In this document: one piece after another, positions 1 through 12,719 of the stretch
How the letters are laid out: each line of letters starts with the position of its first letter
Position numbering within the stretch: position 1 is the stretch's first letter
Source: Asterias rubens
Lineage: Eukaryota
Reading direction: 5' to 3'
NCBI RefSeq assembly: GCF_902459465.1
Contig: NC_047068.1
Location: 1,674,001 to 1,738,000, forward strand
DNA length: 64,000 bases
Position numbers and translations under genes: made by a program
The notes under the pieces: generated by a model
Databases searched by the model: none
What the model was told of the DNA's origin: nothing
The model's input: the letters and a program-made list of their open reading frames with translations, nothing else

Positions 1-997
1 TTTTTTTGCCATTGAACTGGCTTTAGTCGCCCGAAAGATGATGCAGAGTAATTTTATGCAGGGCGGCACTTTTTGTTGACAAGTGTAACTATGGTAAATT
101 TATTGTAAAACGTGACACCCAAAATTGCTCTGTCCTTTCGGTGGAGCATGAAGCTATAGGAAAAGTACAATAGATATTGACAGAGATTGCCATGACCAGT
201 ATGCATGTCAAATCTTCATTTGTTATTTATGTATTTACTTTTTTCCTGCGGCGGGTATCATTTGGTGCTATCTTTACTTTCGTATCACACGCTGATATAT
301 TTGGAGCACGTGGTTTAACCATAAGAAACCCGCACCATATGTTCAAGTTGGACTTTGTCAATCACACGATCGAGGTTATATTAGCTTAGGCTTGTCTGTA
401 CTTTGATATTAATTAAGTTTCTACTTGTACCTGGGTTGGAGAGTCCAAACAGGTACCCGAACTGGCCCCGTACCACATGATTGCCATACAGGAGATATGT
501 ATGTTAATTTCCAAGCTCACACCAAAGGATTGGTCAAACTGGAAATAAAAGTTAGTCTGAAAATTCACAGCTCATGGTTGTACCAAATCCTCCAGTAACA
601 ATATTTCCACTTGATGTATAGTCGAGATGATCACATTTTATTCGAAGAAACCGAGGGAGGGAGGGGGGGGGGGGGGCAAGCGGGACAAAGACATAACGGG
701 GGGGGCCTAATTCATGATCGATCCGTGTCAACACAAAAACAAAAGTAAGTAATCTGACGTTTCGACCCACGCAGTGTATTTCTTGAAGGCTAAATGGCTA
801 CAAACATATACAGGTATATTGTTGTAACCGCAGTCAAGTTGACATGATAGAGACGATTATCAAAGAGGATACAAAAAAGGAGAGATGGAAGGGTCTGGTT
901 TGATCACAGCAGGTCGGGAAAAGACAAATTAATGATGGGCAGAGGGAGAACAAAGTAATTCTTACGGAATAACTTTGAGGAAAACAACCATAAAGAA

Positions 998-1105
998 TTC
1001 TCCACGGTCAGAGTACACTGATCGAAACATCGAGCAGAAACCGGCTCTTCTCAAAGCCACCATTTCTCACAAAAGAGATGGTGCTAACGTAAACATTACT
1101 AACTT
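998..1105 (+). mobile_element. Second copy of the same Penelope-like terminus (core decayed)
   Basis: GAGTACACTGATCGAAACATCGAG...ACCGGCTC...GCCACCATT aligns with 41604-41660. Confidence 0.55.
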
Positions 1106-1713
1106 AGTAGACCTATGTTTAACCATGCATCACAAAAAAGAAACTGTCTGTGAACATTGAAAATATCGGGTAGAGGCGTTGAATGAAATGCTTGCTCATC
1201 AACTTTGTACCGAATATTCTCGTACGTGAGATTAGCCTCAAGACCTAAACATAAACCCTCCACGTTTTGCTGACGTCATTGCGAAGCGAGGGGCAAAATC
1301 CTATAGTATTGTTGTACATTGTATATATAGAACGTTGTCAAAACGCTCGGTTACAGATTAAAAGACCATTACCCCTCAGTACAACTTGCCAGAGTTTCAC
1401 AGTAATTGGATATGTAACGCATTTCAACACTGTGTTTAATTGTGTCTGTTAAACCAAAACTGTCGAATCGACAGTTTGGTTGCATTTATCAAGTTTCTGA
1501 TCGTGCTTTCAACTACGCATGCAGTTGAGAAGATCGACCTGTTCATTTGTTGTGGTGTAATTTAGCTTTCGAGAAAAACTCCATTAGCATTTTAGAGGAC
1601 ACTATAAGGGTGCACTGTTGTTGGTTTGGGTTTATTTAAAAAAGTTTACCCAAACCAAACAGTGCCCTATATTATGCCCTATATGTGTCCATCAAACTGA
1701 AACTGAAAATGGC

Positions 1714-2053
1714 TTAAAGGGAATGTCCACGTTTGGTAATTACTCAAAACAAATAATAACTTAAATACTGACTTGGTAATGAGCATTGGAGAGCTGTTGA
1801 TAATATAATAAAATATTGTGGGGAACGACTCCCTCTGAAGTAACGTAGTTTTTGAGAAAGAGGTAATTTCTCACTAAAATAATAAAAGACTTCTAGCTAG
1901 AAGTCTTTAATTCTTATCTGAAAGCACACAAATTCGTCCGACAAGGTTGTTTTTTCTTTCATCATTTTCTCGCAACTTCGATGACCATTTGAGCTCAAAT
2001 TTTCACAGGTTTGTTATTTTATGACAATTACCAAAGGTGTACCCTCCCTTTAA
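1714..2053 (+). mobile_element. Kolobok-like MITE family A
   Basis: TTAA at both ends, AGG-type termini, family A body. Confidence 0.8.
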
Positions 2054-2542
2054 AGGGTCGAAACGTCAGGCCATTTACAATTTGTTGGCATTTATACCAT
2101 TGTCATTTTGGTTTGTAAAAAAGTCAAAACATTTTCTTGGCAGTCGTCATGAGAACTTCATTGGTTTCTATACCGTGGTAAGAGTCCGGACTACTTGACC
2201 CCTTTCAGACGCTTTCCTTGGGCGGGAATTTGAGGCTTCCGTTGAGGGTCCCTGATTCCCGGGTATGTTGTCCCCGGGCATATATGAAGGGGGTACCTTA
2301 AAGAACGCCGGAATCGTAAACCCACAAAAAGTTATCTAAAACGTTTTATAATCATGCAATGGGGACATTGAAAACTGGTCAGATATTGTCTGCATTCACC
2401 CATCATGTAATGTTGAATTTAAATCTTCAAGTATATGGTTATCGTAGGTGCAAAGTTTGTCTGTAAGCATGCAGAGCCGTGACATTGTGCCTTGTTATTA
2501 ACGTAAACTTCTTTTACTGTATATTCCATACAGGTAGACCAG

Positions 2543-2782
2543 GGGCCAATTTCATCGAGCTGCTAAGCATAAAAATTTGCTGAGCATGAAATTTCTTCCT
2601 TGATCAAAACAGGATTACCAACCAAATTTCAATTTGTTGCATATTGCTTGTTACTGGTATTCAGCTGTTGTTTGCCTACCCTGAAAATCATGTGGAAATT
2701 TGGTTGGTGATCCTGTTTTCATCAAGGCAAAAATTTCATGCTAAGCAAATTTGTGTGCTTAGCAGCTCTATGAAATTGGGCC
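2543..2782. mobile_element. PIF/Harbinger-like MITE family H1 (CAG TSD)
   Basis: CAG|GGGCCAATTTCAT ... ATGAAATTGGGCC|CAG; long imperfect inverted arms. Confidence 0.85.
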
Positions 2783-2983
2783 CAGGCAACAAGCTCTAGG
2801 ATTCAAGGTTCATTTTTGGAAACCTTGAGTTATGTCGTCATAAATTGTACAGCCCACGTGACCTTGTTTATGAACTAAACAACACTCAGGGAAGATTTTA
2901 AATTGGATGGGCCTTGCTTAAAAAAATATACACCGTTAGGCATCCCTGGAAAAAATTGCAATTTTGAAAATCAAGTGCAATGG

Positions 2984-3303
2984 TTAAAGGAAAACGTTGC
3001 CTTTGATCGGTCGAGTTGGTCTATAAAAAGCGTTTGTAACCGTTTGTTATAAATTGCATATAAGTAAAGATGTTGTACAAGTAGAATACAATGATCCACA
3101 CAAACATTCCTCGAAATTGCACGGTTTTCCTTTAACCTCGTCGACTAACACGGTCGGCATTTATGGGAGTCAAATTTTGACTCCCATCAATGGCCGACCG
3201 TGTTAGTTCGCAAAGTAAAAAGAACCATATGCATTATAACAAACGGTAACAAACGCTTTTCAAAGACCAACTCGGCCGATCCGTAGGCAACGTGTTCCTT
3301 TAA
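2984..3303. mobile_element. Kolobok-like MITE family B (long TIRs)
   Basis: TTAA|AGGAAAACGTTGCC...GATCGGTCGAGTTGGTC ... GACCAACTCGGCCGATC...GGCAACGTGTTCCT|TTAA. Confidence 0.85.
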
Positions 3304-3525
3304 TGTTGGACCAAAAATAGCGATGTGTTAAATAATAGGATAATTACGGTTAACGACCTTTCACATAGGGGAAAATTAGTAAATCAACCCCAAATCCAAT
3401 AAAAAAAATACATAAAAACAAGAGTAACGAATGCCTTCAGTTTACCAGGCTAACCTCTCAATTAGGCGAATAAAGTCAGTTCCCGTCTCACTAAGTCCAC
3501 CAAACGCCCACCACTATAGACCTTG

Positions 3526-3913
3526 TTAAAGGCAGTGGACACTATTGGTAACTACTCAAAATAATTATTAGCATAAAACCTTACTTGGTAATGAGTAATG
3601 GGGAGCAGTTGATCATATAAAACATTGTGAGAAACAGCGCCAGTAACACAGTTTTCAAGTAAGAAGTAATTTTCCACGAATTTGATTTTGAGACATCAGA
3701 AATAGATTTTGGGGTCTCGAAATCAAGCATATGAAAGCACAAAACTTCGTGTGATGGTGTGACCAATGTGTTGTTTCTTTCATAGTTATCTCACAACTTT
3801 GACGACCAATAGAGCTAAAATTTTCACAGGTTTGTTATTTTATGCATTCGTTGAGATACACCAAGTGAGACGACTGGTCTTTGACAATTACCAATAGTGT
3901 CCAGTGTCTTTAA
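3526..3913 (+). mobile_element. Kolobok-like MITE family A (near full length)
   Basis: TTAA|AGGCAGTGGACACTATTGGTAA ... TTACCAATAGTGTCCAGTGTCT|TTAA; internal GAGACxTCAGA...GGTCTCGAAATC hairpin. Confidence 0.9.
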
Positions 3914-4155
3914 TAGGGCAGGCAACAAACAGGAAAACCGAGCTGTACAGACCAGACGCATGGTGAATAATAGGTAAAGTAAATGGAATTGGTCAGAGCG
4001 TGGGTTGAACGTACATACAAACAAGCAACTAGTGTTTACCCTTTCAGTCAGTCAGTGCCAGTGTATCATTCAGTCGGTCAGTTACAATCAGATCAATACA
4101 GACCAGACAGTGAGTCACAGTTAGCATCAACAATATCTCCTATTGAAGTGTAAGG

Positions 4156-4511
4156 TTAAAGGCACTGGACACTATTGTTATAAATTACTTAAAACAATTG
4201 TTACCATAACAACTTACTTGTTAACGAGCAACGGAGAGCTGTTGATTATAGTATAACACATTTAGAGAGACGGCTCCCTCTCAAGTAAGGTCGTTTTTGA
4301 GAAAGAAGTAATTTCAGACTGCAGCCTTTTTTATGCATCTTAAAGCACACAAAGTTGTGCAACAAGTATGTTTTTTCTTTCTAGACTATCTTGCAAATCA
4401 GATGACCAATAGAGTCAAAAAGTTCACCGAGGTTTTTTTAATGCATAATTATGTTTGTATATACCAAGTGAGAATACTGGTATTTGTCAATTACCAAAGG
4501 TGTCCAGTGCC
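4156..4511 (+). mobile_element. Kolobok-like MITE family A
   Basis: TTAAAGGCACTGGACAC left end; right end GTGTCCAGTGCC. Confidence 0.8.
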
Positions 4512-4974
4512 GTTCAGGACGACTTTTTTAAAAAACTTGTCAACGTATAAAGGCTATCCATTGATAAATGCATCAGTCTAAATGTAAATAAATGGTTTGA
4601 AATAAATCATTCAAAACAAATGCGATTTCATTTCCATTCCCAACATACATTAAATAATTCTTTCCTTTGGCTATCGTATAAATCTATACTGATAACGTGC
4701 ATCTTCCCGAGGATGTTTTTTCGGGCTTCGCACCAGCTTGGCTTCGACTGACCGTTCAAAGCCTCGCAAGGAAGGCGCACATTTTCGAACTAACTGGCGC
4801 AGCCAAAACCCAAGTCGTGGTTTTGAAATCGGACGGTGATGCAGCTCTCACAGCTCTAACTGATAGCTACCCCACAGTCATTTTCATTGGTCTCTAGCAA
4901 ATGTATTTCACCATTTCAGGGACAAGGTCGTGTGTCTTGCATGAGTGGGATTAGATGGGTCAAACAAACATTAA

Positions 4975-5035
4975 GCCTTCGAGATGACTCTGCTAGGGAC
5001 GAAATGTCAGGCCATTAACTATTTTGTCAAACAAA
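4975..5035 (+). mobile_element. Penelope-type hammerhead-like motif, family 2
   Basis: GCCT-TCGAGAT-GACTC(tgcta)GGGAC-GAAATGTC-AGGC; related copies at 754-790 (minus) and 2054-2075 (3' half only). Confidence 0.5.
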
Positions 5036-5914
5036 AATTATCACAACACAAAATACTATTGGTCTTTTAGCACGAGTCAATTTGGGATTCCCGCCCCCCC
5101 CCCCCCGAGACAGCGGACTTGTCTATGTTGTAACAAATCTAGCAGATAAGCGACCTTGCCTGGCCACTCAAACAAGTTATGACAGTCTGAATAAGACTGT
5201 GAATGATGCCAGCTGATTGTTCAAATTCAAATATGTAAAAAAAAAGATCTGAAATACATTATTGTCAGATATGTTTCTCGTATTGTGCATCCACATTCAA
5301 GGATTATTTTTCCTTCGTGGACATAACCGCTCCAGACTTCTGGCGAAATATTCGCAGCTTAGCTTTATTATAGGATTAATACAAGAGACCGGCTACAAAA
5401 AACCAAAGGTATACTTTGCCTTTAACTGTGACAAACCTATAACAGCATTCAAAATTGCATTCAACAGGTCGAGAAATAACGAAATTTATATTTGTTAACA
5501 AAAAATACAATGGTGTGTGAGATCTGCCAGACGGTACAAAAGAGGATCCTCAAATGGATTGATACTCCTTCAGCCAACGAAAACTAATTTCCCCTGAGGG
5601 GAAACCGAAATCGAAATAAAGCGTACATCCGCATTCCCTTTTGTACTTTTCCTCAGAATTTGTAGAAAAAAAACGGATCGCCCAACCCTTTTTAATACTA
5701 CAAATTAACTCTGTACATTACAATCAGGCAAGAAATATACTGTAAAAGACAATTCCGTCGGCTCGTTTGACATTTTCTAGATTAAAGACAAGGTAGAAGT
5801 CGCAGGCGGAACACTCGAGTATAATTATATTGGGATGTACACAGCATAAGAGATTGTTGTCGGAGCGAACGACTCTAAGCACCGAAGTGCGCTCGCCAAC
5901 GCACGTAAAATAAT

Positions 5915-7020
5915 CTATGTAGCCAGAGATGCTTAAATGTACCCCTATCCAGGTTCAGACTTTGTTTAGGTACTCGATTGGGGTATGTAGCCAGAGACCA
6001 CATGTACCTCCCCGAACTGTATCAAGGTCTCGCATTATTGAACCTAAACCTCAACCCTAAATGTACCCCACTTAGGGGCAGGTTACGTTTGGGTACACAT
6101 TTAGGGTATGTAACCAGACATGTACCTAAACACTGTATGTAGCCCGATGTGTATCAAGGTAGCCTCAACAGTGAATCTAAACCTCAACCCTACATTGAGT
6201 ACCCAGATAATATGTGATCAGATAACCGTTACGTACATGATTTGGGTATTTAGCCAGATATACATGTACGTCGGCCCTCTATGTAATCCACATGTTTATG
6301 CAGGCATTTAGCCACAGGATACCCAAATGTACCCGTGCTTATGAATATAGCTACAACCTTAGCGGAAAACAATACCTCAATGCAGCACCAACCCGGAAAC
6401 TAAATATAGCCAGATTCAGGTTGGGCTACATTTACGCACAAGATTTGGCCATGAAGCCAGAAATCTTAAATTACCTCGGCCTTAAAGGCAGTGGACACTA
6501 TTGGTTATTTCGAGACCTCAGATTTAGAATTTGAAGTCTCGAAATCAAGCATCTGAAAGCACAAAACTTCGTGTGACAAGGGCGTTTCTTCTTTCATTAT
6601 TATCTCGCAAATTCGATGACCGATTGAGCTCAAATTTTCACAGGTTTGTTATTTCATGCATATGATGAGATACAGCAAGTGAGAAGGGTGGTCTTTGACA
6701 ATTACCAGTTTAATAAAGCCCGAACCCTCTGAATAAACGTAGCTCCAACCTTGTACTTAACAGTTATTACAGACTTCAGTACAGCATCACCATGTAACTT
6801 AATGTAGACGGAATTAGGTTTGGGCTACGTTCAGGTATAATGTCTGGGCATGTTGCAAGAGACGTCGAGCTGATTAAGCCTTAAATAAAGTCTCAACCGT
6901 TCATACATGTAGCCACAACCTTGTTTCGAAATACAGCCCAGACTTAAATGTAGCTACAACCTCGTACTTGTATAGCCCGATTTAGATACAATATTGTGGC
7001 TACATTGGTTCAGGGCTAAG
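5915..7020. repeat. Complex degenerate tandem/inverted repeat region split by a MITE
   Basis: Recurrent ATGTAGCC, ATGTACCC and AACCTAAACCTCAACCCT modules at 5915-6480 and 6715-7020. Confidence 0.7.
6482..6713 (+). mobile_element. Kolobok-like MITE family A, internally deleted
   Basis: Left TIR joined directly to the internal hairpin; right end partly deleted. Confidence 0.8.
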
Positions 7021-7394
7021 ACTATATATTTATGGTCGGGCTTTTATTGTTAGTAGATCCAAATATCAAAGACTTTCCACAAAGCATTGAATACAAATCA
7101 ACATATAATTTCAATTGACCCTTTGTATGCATTTTTTAAATCCCATTGTTGTACACTCATTCTCAATAAACATCCCTGGGGACATCTTTTGTTCTTTCTA
7201 TTGTCTCTGGATTTTCCCATAGACTTTGTACACAACATATTTTGTGGAGCGATGTTTGCAGGAGAATCGTGTAAAAGCACTTGTCAATACGTTTTACGCA
7301 TCTGTGCATGCTATATTTCGTGACATTGTTTTACTCATTAAAAAAACTACAGCACCTTAGCTAGTAATATTTTAAGGGAAGCTTTCTACCATCG

Positions 7395-7756
7395 TTAAAG
7401 GATTTGGGTACCTTTTCAAAATGTCCATAGATTTACATTAAACTTACAGGGTTTGAAGATAATGATAGTGGAAAGCTTCCCTTCAAATATAACTTACTGA
7501 TGTGCTGTAGTTTTTGAGAAATGAGTAAAACAATGTCATGAAAATATGTTTGTAAATGATTAAAATGATTTTCGTCTCATGAGACGGAAATTATTTTCAT
7601 GACATTGCTTTACTCATTTCCCAAAAAATACAGCACCTCAGCACGTAATATTTTCAGGGAAGCTTTCTACTATCATTATCTTCAAACTGTGTAAGTTGAG
7701 TGTAAATCTGTGGACATTGTGTTTTTTGTCCTACAAAAGTTACATAGACCCTTTAA
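7395..7756. mobile_element. Foldback TTAA-flanked (Kolobok-like) MITE family C
   Basis: TTAA|AGG...; arms of about 140 bp in inverted orientation (GAAGATAATGATAGTGGAAAGCTTCCC vs GGGAAGCTTTCTACTATCATTATCTTC); ...CCCT|TTAA; an extra partial arm at 7320-7394. Confidence 0.8.
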
Positions 7757-8789
7757 CTTAAAACCATTTACATTTAACGTCGTAAGGAGAGTACCCCAAA
7801 CCCCTTTAAGCAGGACAAGACTCAATAATCACTTTCACCTGAGACAGGGAAACGTTGACTGAGCTACATCCAGAAAAACTGACAAACGATGAAAGAGCTA
7901 TTCAAGTTATGTCGCCATCTCCTAAGAACAATATACCGTACAGTAACATGATTTTTTTTTCTTCTTATAAATGTGGAATGCCAGTCGAAACATTCCATGT
8001 CGTTTGTTTATGTCTGCACTCTATTCACTGATTGGTTCAGTGCAAAGAAAGCAACTAATTCTAAAGAGTTGTTTACTATTTTTAGATTTTTTCCGGCAAA
8101 TCTAGGAAAAGTTTAATCATCTGGAAGCGTTTACCATAACGTTCATCAAAACCAACCCGATCTAGGAAATATTAAAATAATATGTAAACTGATTCATATT
8201 TTTTATAGGGGAGTTATGCATTGGGTTATCAATCTTAGAAGTTGAGGCAAGAAAAACTTTTATTCGCAGATTTCGATAAATGTGTTTCAAGAATTATTTC
8301 ACTTCGAAGTAATGTGGTTTTGGAAAAATAAAAAATAATCTTTATCTCCGGAAATTTGAACCTGAGAAACGTTTCTGTGTGATACGTTTCTCAGATTGTG
8401 TGTTATTCATCCTGTGTGGACATTACCGCTCAGGATTTTCACGATTTCTCAAAAACGCAACCAACTTGTTAAAAAAGAAACTTTGGCAGGTTCGTTTGAT
8501 TGTATATGTCTATTTGTGTTTATATAGGATTAGAATAATCGAACGGTTCCGAAAAACAAGAGAATTTTGCCTTAAAATAGTTCTTTACAAAATTGTTTTT
8601 TTTTTAACATTAAATTTTAAATTGGAAAATTAGGATTGCCGTCATTAGGTATTAAGTGATTACAAAAGTGGTGACTTCGTAAAAATAAGAAAGTTTTTCA
8701 TTCATACAATATTTGGATTGCGGTAGCACCATGTGAGCATCTACTTGCCAGGTTGAGTTTGTTCTTAAAGAACTGTCTTGCTTATTCAT

Positions 8790-9200
8790 TAATAATAATA
8801 ATAATAATAACAATATCGCAGTCTTATATAGCGCACGTATCTACCAAACAAGGTATTCAAGGCGCTGAGTATATACAAACTTTCAGAAAGATAGGTTGTT
8901 GCAGTGATGAATTTTGAGACCCAATTATTTAGCAACTTATAATGTGCTACGGCGCATTAAGCAGCCACAGCCAGGAACACCGGGGCGAACCCCTTCTCTT
9001 TTCGATAAGTGCACTGGGTTCTTTTACATGCGTTACACATTGGACCAACGGCTTTACGTCCCATCCGAAGGACGAAGCAATGGTCAAGTGTCTTGCTTTA
9101 AGGACACAAGTGTCACGGCTGGGGATTCGAACCCACACTCTGCTGATCAGAGACACTAGAGTTTGAATTCGGTGATCTTAACCGCTCGGCCAGGACACTT
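8790..9200 (-). mobile_element. Full-length tRNA-derived SINE with L2/CR1-like tail and (TAT)n end
   Basis: Minus strand starts GTGTCCTGGCCGAGCGGTTAAG (A-box), has B-box GGTTCGAATCC (9123-9133) and a body motif GTGTCCTTAAAGCAAGACACTTG resembling Deu-type SINE bodies, and ends GCGCCTTG...GCGCTATATAAG followed by (TTA)n. Confidence 0.8.
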
Positions 9201-10522
9201 TCCATTCATGTATTGTCAACCTTTATTCAGTCACTCAATTACATCCAAGTTACATGACATTTATTTAGTTCCCTCCTCGGCTAAACATCAAAACAAAATC
9301 GTTAAAATGATCTCCTTCATAAACTTTCTGGCCAGTGGTTTTTAGTGTTAATTAACTCTCTCCCTTATGGACACATCCATTATGCAACGTGATACCGGCC
9401 TTGACAAACAAAGAGAAAGAAGTCGAATCCTCAGAAATCCTACACCTGTTATACTTTATCTTATACAGCATTGCACTTACATCATTCTCTTTCATTTCTG
9501 TTTGATTTATGTGCATTTATTTAAAACTCATTGGTGCAATGTCAATTGACTCTATTTGTCAAACGTCATTCGCAAATTAATGACTCTGGAAATCCAACTA
9601 AAAAATATGTTAAAAAGTAGATCAACGGTATTATTACAAACTAATTAGTGTGCTAATTACATACTGGTTGAAGCTTTCTAATAAAAGCAGTTGTTTATTA
9701 TTGTAAATGCTGGCAGTAAAGCATGCATTTATATTTCCGGTTAAGAACAATCTTCTTCTTTTGCGATATTTCCTAGTAATTGGTTTTTCCCAACGTTGCT
9801 GTACAACCCTGGCAACCAACCCTTTATTTGATCCTCAATTCAATATACAGACATTATAAATCATGTTTATAGCTCCAGAAACTAGCAGTAAAAATGCCGT
9901 TGCCATGCACGCCACATGGTCGTTTATTCTGAAAATATTTAAATTGGGCTCCCTTGTTCTTTTTTTGTTTAAAAATTATATGCCTTTTGGATGTGAGCGA
10001 AATTTTTAAGAAACAAGATTGTGAAGGAACACGTACACTTATTGTAATATTATTTATTCTGTATTTAATCGACCTTTGTTTGGTATTTTTTTCCAACTGG
10101 GCCATTCCATTACAATTTTTTTTTTAAATGGTTGTATTTTATGCTAAAAAATTACAGATTTCTTTTGTTTCAGCCATGACCACATGGTTGATTGGATAGG
10201 ACTAAAAGTTCATCAGGACCTACAACAAGTACAGCAATTATTATCAAAATCTTAAGACATGAGGTAAACAAGTGCGTTGGTCTAATGACCCAAATTGGAT
10301 TTTGATGTAGCTGAGGACGAAATACATTCAACCGATATCTAGCCCGATTCTCCACTCGAACAACTTAAAAAATTTACCTAAATTTCGGGTCCCAGGACAC
10401 CCCACAAAACTGTTAGTCAGATTGACCTGGAAATAGTTATAAAAAAATGAGACTTTGATCTCTAAATCAGCTTTTTTTCTTTGTATCTTTGACACAGACT
10501 CTTGGTCCTACTAAATACAGCT

Positions 10523-10756
10523 AAACTTTGCGGTACCCGCTGCCAAAACATATGATTCGAACTTCCTCTAGCCACCGGGCAACCTCGGTAGTCTAGTTGG
10601 CAAGACACTGCTCTAGAATTGCAAGGGTCGTGAGGTCGAATCCCACCCGAGTAACATGGACTCGGGAAAGTACTGAGTATACAGTGCTAACATACATCGG
10701 TGTATGGGTAAAAACCAGAATTAATATTCTTTATCCCCGATGCAAATTTAACATCT
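10523..10756 (+). mobile_element. tRNA-cored structured repeat (SINE-like), solo full-length copy
   Basis: Leader AACTTTGCGGTACCCGCTGCC...GATTCGAAC, tRNA-like core 10584-10651 (A-box TAGTCTAGTTGG, B-box GGTCGAATCC), body AACTCGGGAAAGTACTGAGTATACAGTGCTAAC, 3' end CCCCGATGCAAATTTAACATCT; homologous to the array at 12.7-13.5 kb. Confidence 0.8.
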
Positions 10757-12719
10757 CTTAGGTATATAATGTCACAACTTTGGTTTGTTTCTGTCTCTTT
10801 CTGTTACCCTCTGATCACATCAGTACTGCAGCCAGTAGAGCCATACAAAAATCGTTATCTTGGGTATTGATTTGAGTATCATCTAACATGTGGGTTTCTT
10901 ATTTTAAACTATGTTTAAATTCCACCCAAACTATGTAAAAACAAGTTCTATCTGTCAAAATTAATGTCATAACTTGCCGGCCAACCTTTCACTGAGAAAA
11001 CAAAAATGATTTTCGACCCCTTTGATTCTCTTCAGTTTCTATGTTATTCCCATTGCAAATCTGCAATCCAGCCTTGCTCTTGTGTATGTTACCAATATTA
11101 TTTAGTCCACACGTTCGAGTGCGTCCCACCCAAGGCGTTAATTTCGGGAAGCTATGTATCCTAACCATGACCCACACTGGTAAAAACTGTGTGTACCGGT
11201 ACTCAACCCAGTTTCTAATGCAGGTGTTACACACTGCAAATGCAAACAATACTGAGGAAATCCTATGTCTGATCGAAATATATATATATACAGTTAAATC
11301 AAACTAGCCCCCCCCCCCCCCCCCCGAGGTTGCGAAAAACTCGTTACCAACCCGGGGATGAAATATGAGGAAGCTTTTTCTTCTCCTTCACCTTTGCTTG
11401 AGCAAAGCAGGAACAAACATTCGCAAAATGACCTATGTTTGAGGAATTGTTTATTTAAGACGTCACTGGAAGGGCCAAGTTAGCAAAGTACAGAGAATTC
11501 TAGAACGCCCTGAGGAAATTTGGAAAGTAGGGCAGAAGAACGGTTTGATAGAGCGCTCTGCTTTGGGCTGAATCTCAAAAATAAATTTGTATATTTTAAA
11601 AACTGGTCGCACAAAAATATCTTACAAAATCATGATTAAAAATTGTCAGGTTTCTCTGGGATTTGTCAACAACTTCTTGTGGCAGAACTTAATGTTGTCT
11701 TCTTTTTAAGATTTGTTTTCATTTTCTTGCTGGTGTAGATGTGGTATTTATTTATATTTATTTGTTTTGATGATTTCTTAAATTCTTAGTTGTTTATTTC
11801 TTGTTTGTTTGAAGGAACTGTAAAAGTTTAAGATCGATCGGCCATCTGGGTGACGAGAGAATAGTGAAAAACCGATTACAAATTTTACATTGCATCAATG
11901 TCAAAGCAAAAATGAATAAAACGCTCACTGAGCGATAAACTCCAAACGCGAAATATGAAATTTCAGTTTTATGTAAATTTATGATCTTCACAATTTTTGT
12001 TTCTCACAAATTTTGTAACGTTCCTTTAATGTTTAGCCTTTGAGAAAGACTGGTATTAACTAATTTCTGTCGCAAACTTCTGTTGAAATTCTTCACTAGG
12101 CATAACATGTAAATTCGAACAGTGACGATCTTTGGGTGGTTTTATAATTCATAACTAAACCATTTATATGGTATTAATATATTTGTATATTCTGAAATAT
12201 TATTGATCCCCAAATAATCTTTAAAATAGTCGTCTATAACTAAATAACTGACTTAAAGTCACACCATTTTGATGACGAATTTATCTTACTCTAATGTTAA
12301 TGTTGATTTTGTTTCATCAAGGTGTTAAAAATCGACGGCATAGGTTTTGTTGACGCTGTTTCGGAAGTCCCTCGAATGTGTTTTAGATGTTGCCGCTACA
12401 GCTGTATCAATAATACTTGGAGTCAACGACGATCACTGTGTACATGATGTTGACCATGTACAAGTCACATACAGTGTATGTAGGTGAAAACAAATAAGAA
12501 CCACTTGGAGACTCTAAAAACACAGCCAGCCTTCACTATGTTGTCATTTGATCAACCGGAATCAATATTTTCAAAACAGCTGTGCATAGAATGGCGTCTA
12601 AGTTGGGAATCTTATGGGCTTTAACAAACAGAATGATTAACTGCATTTTTACAATGAGCGATGACACTTTACATGTACTTTTTATTAGCAATGTGTTATT
12701 GCATGTAGGTCTATTACAC

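Noticed and set aside
1603-1671. Rho-independent terminator-like hairpin
   Set aside because: Eukaryotic context; most likely a tiny MITE remnant (TATAAGGGTGCACTGTT...AACAGTGCCCTATA).
2143-2182. 34-nt exon reading RHENFIGFYTV (kinase subdomain IV-like)
   Set aside because: No other kinase exons were found, and the TTTCTATACC motif recurs near 23110 as part of a repeat.
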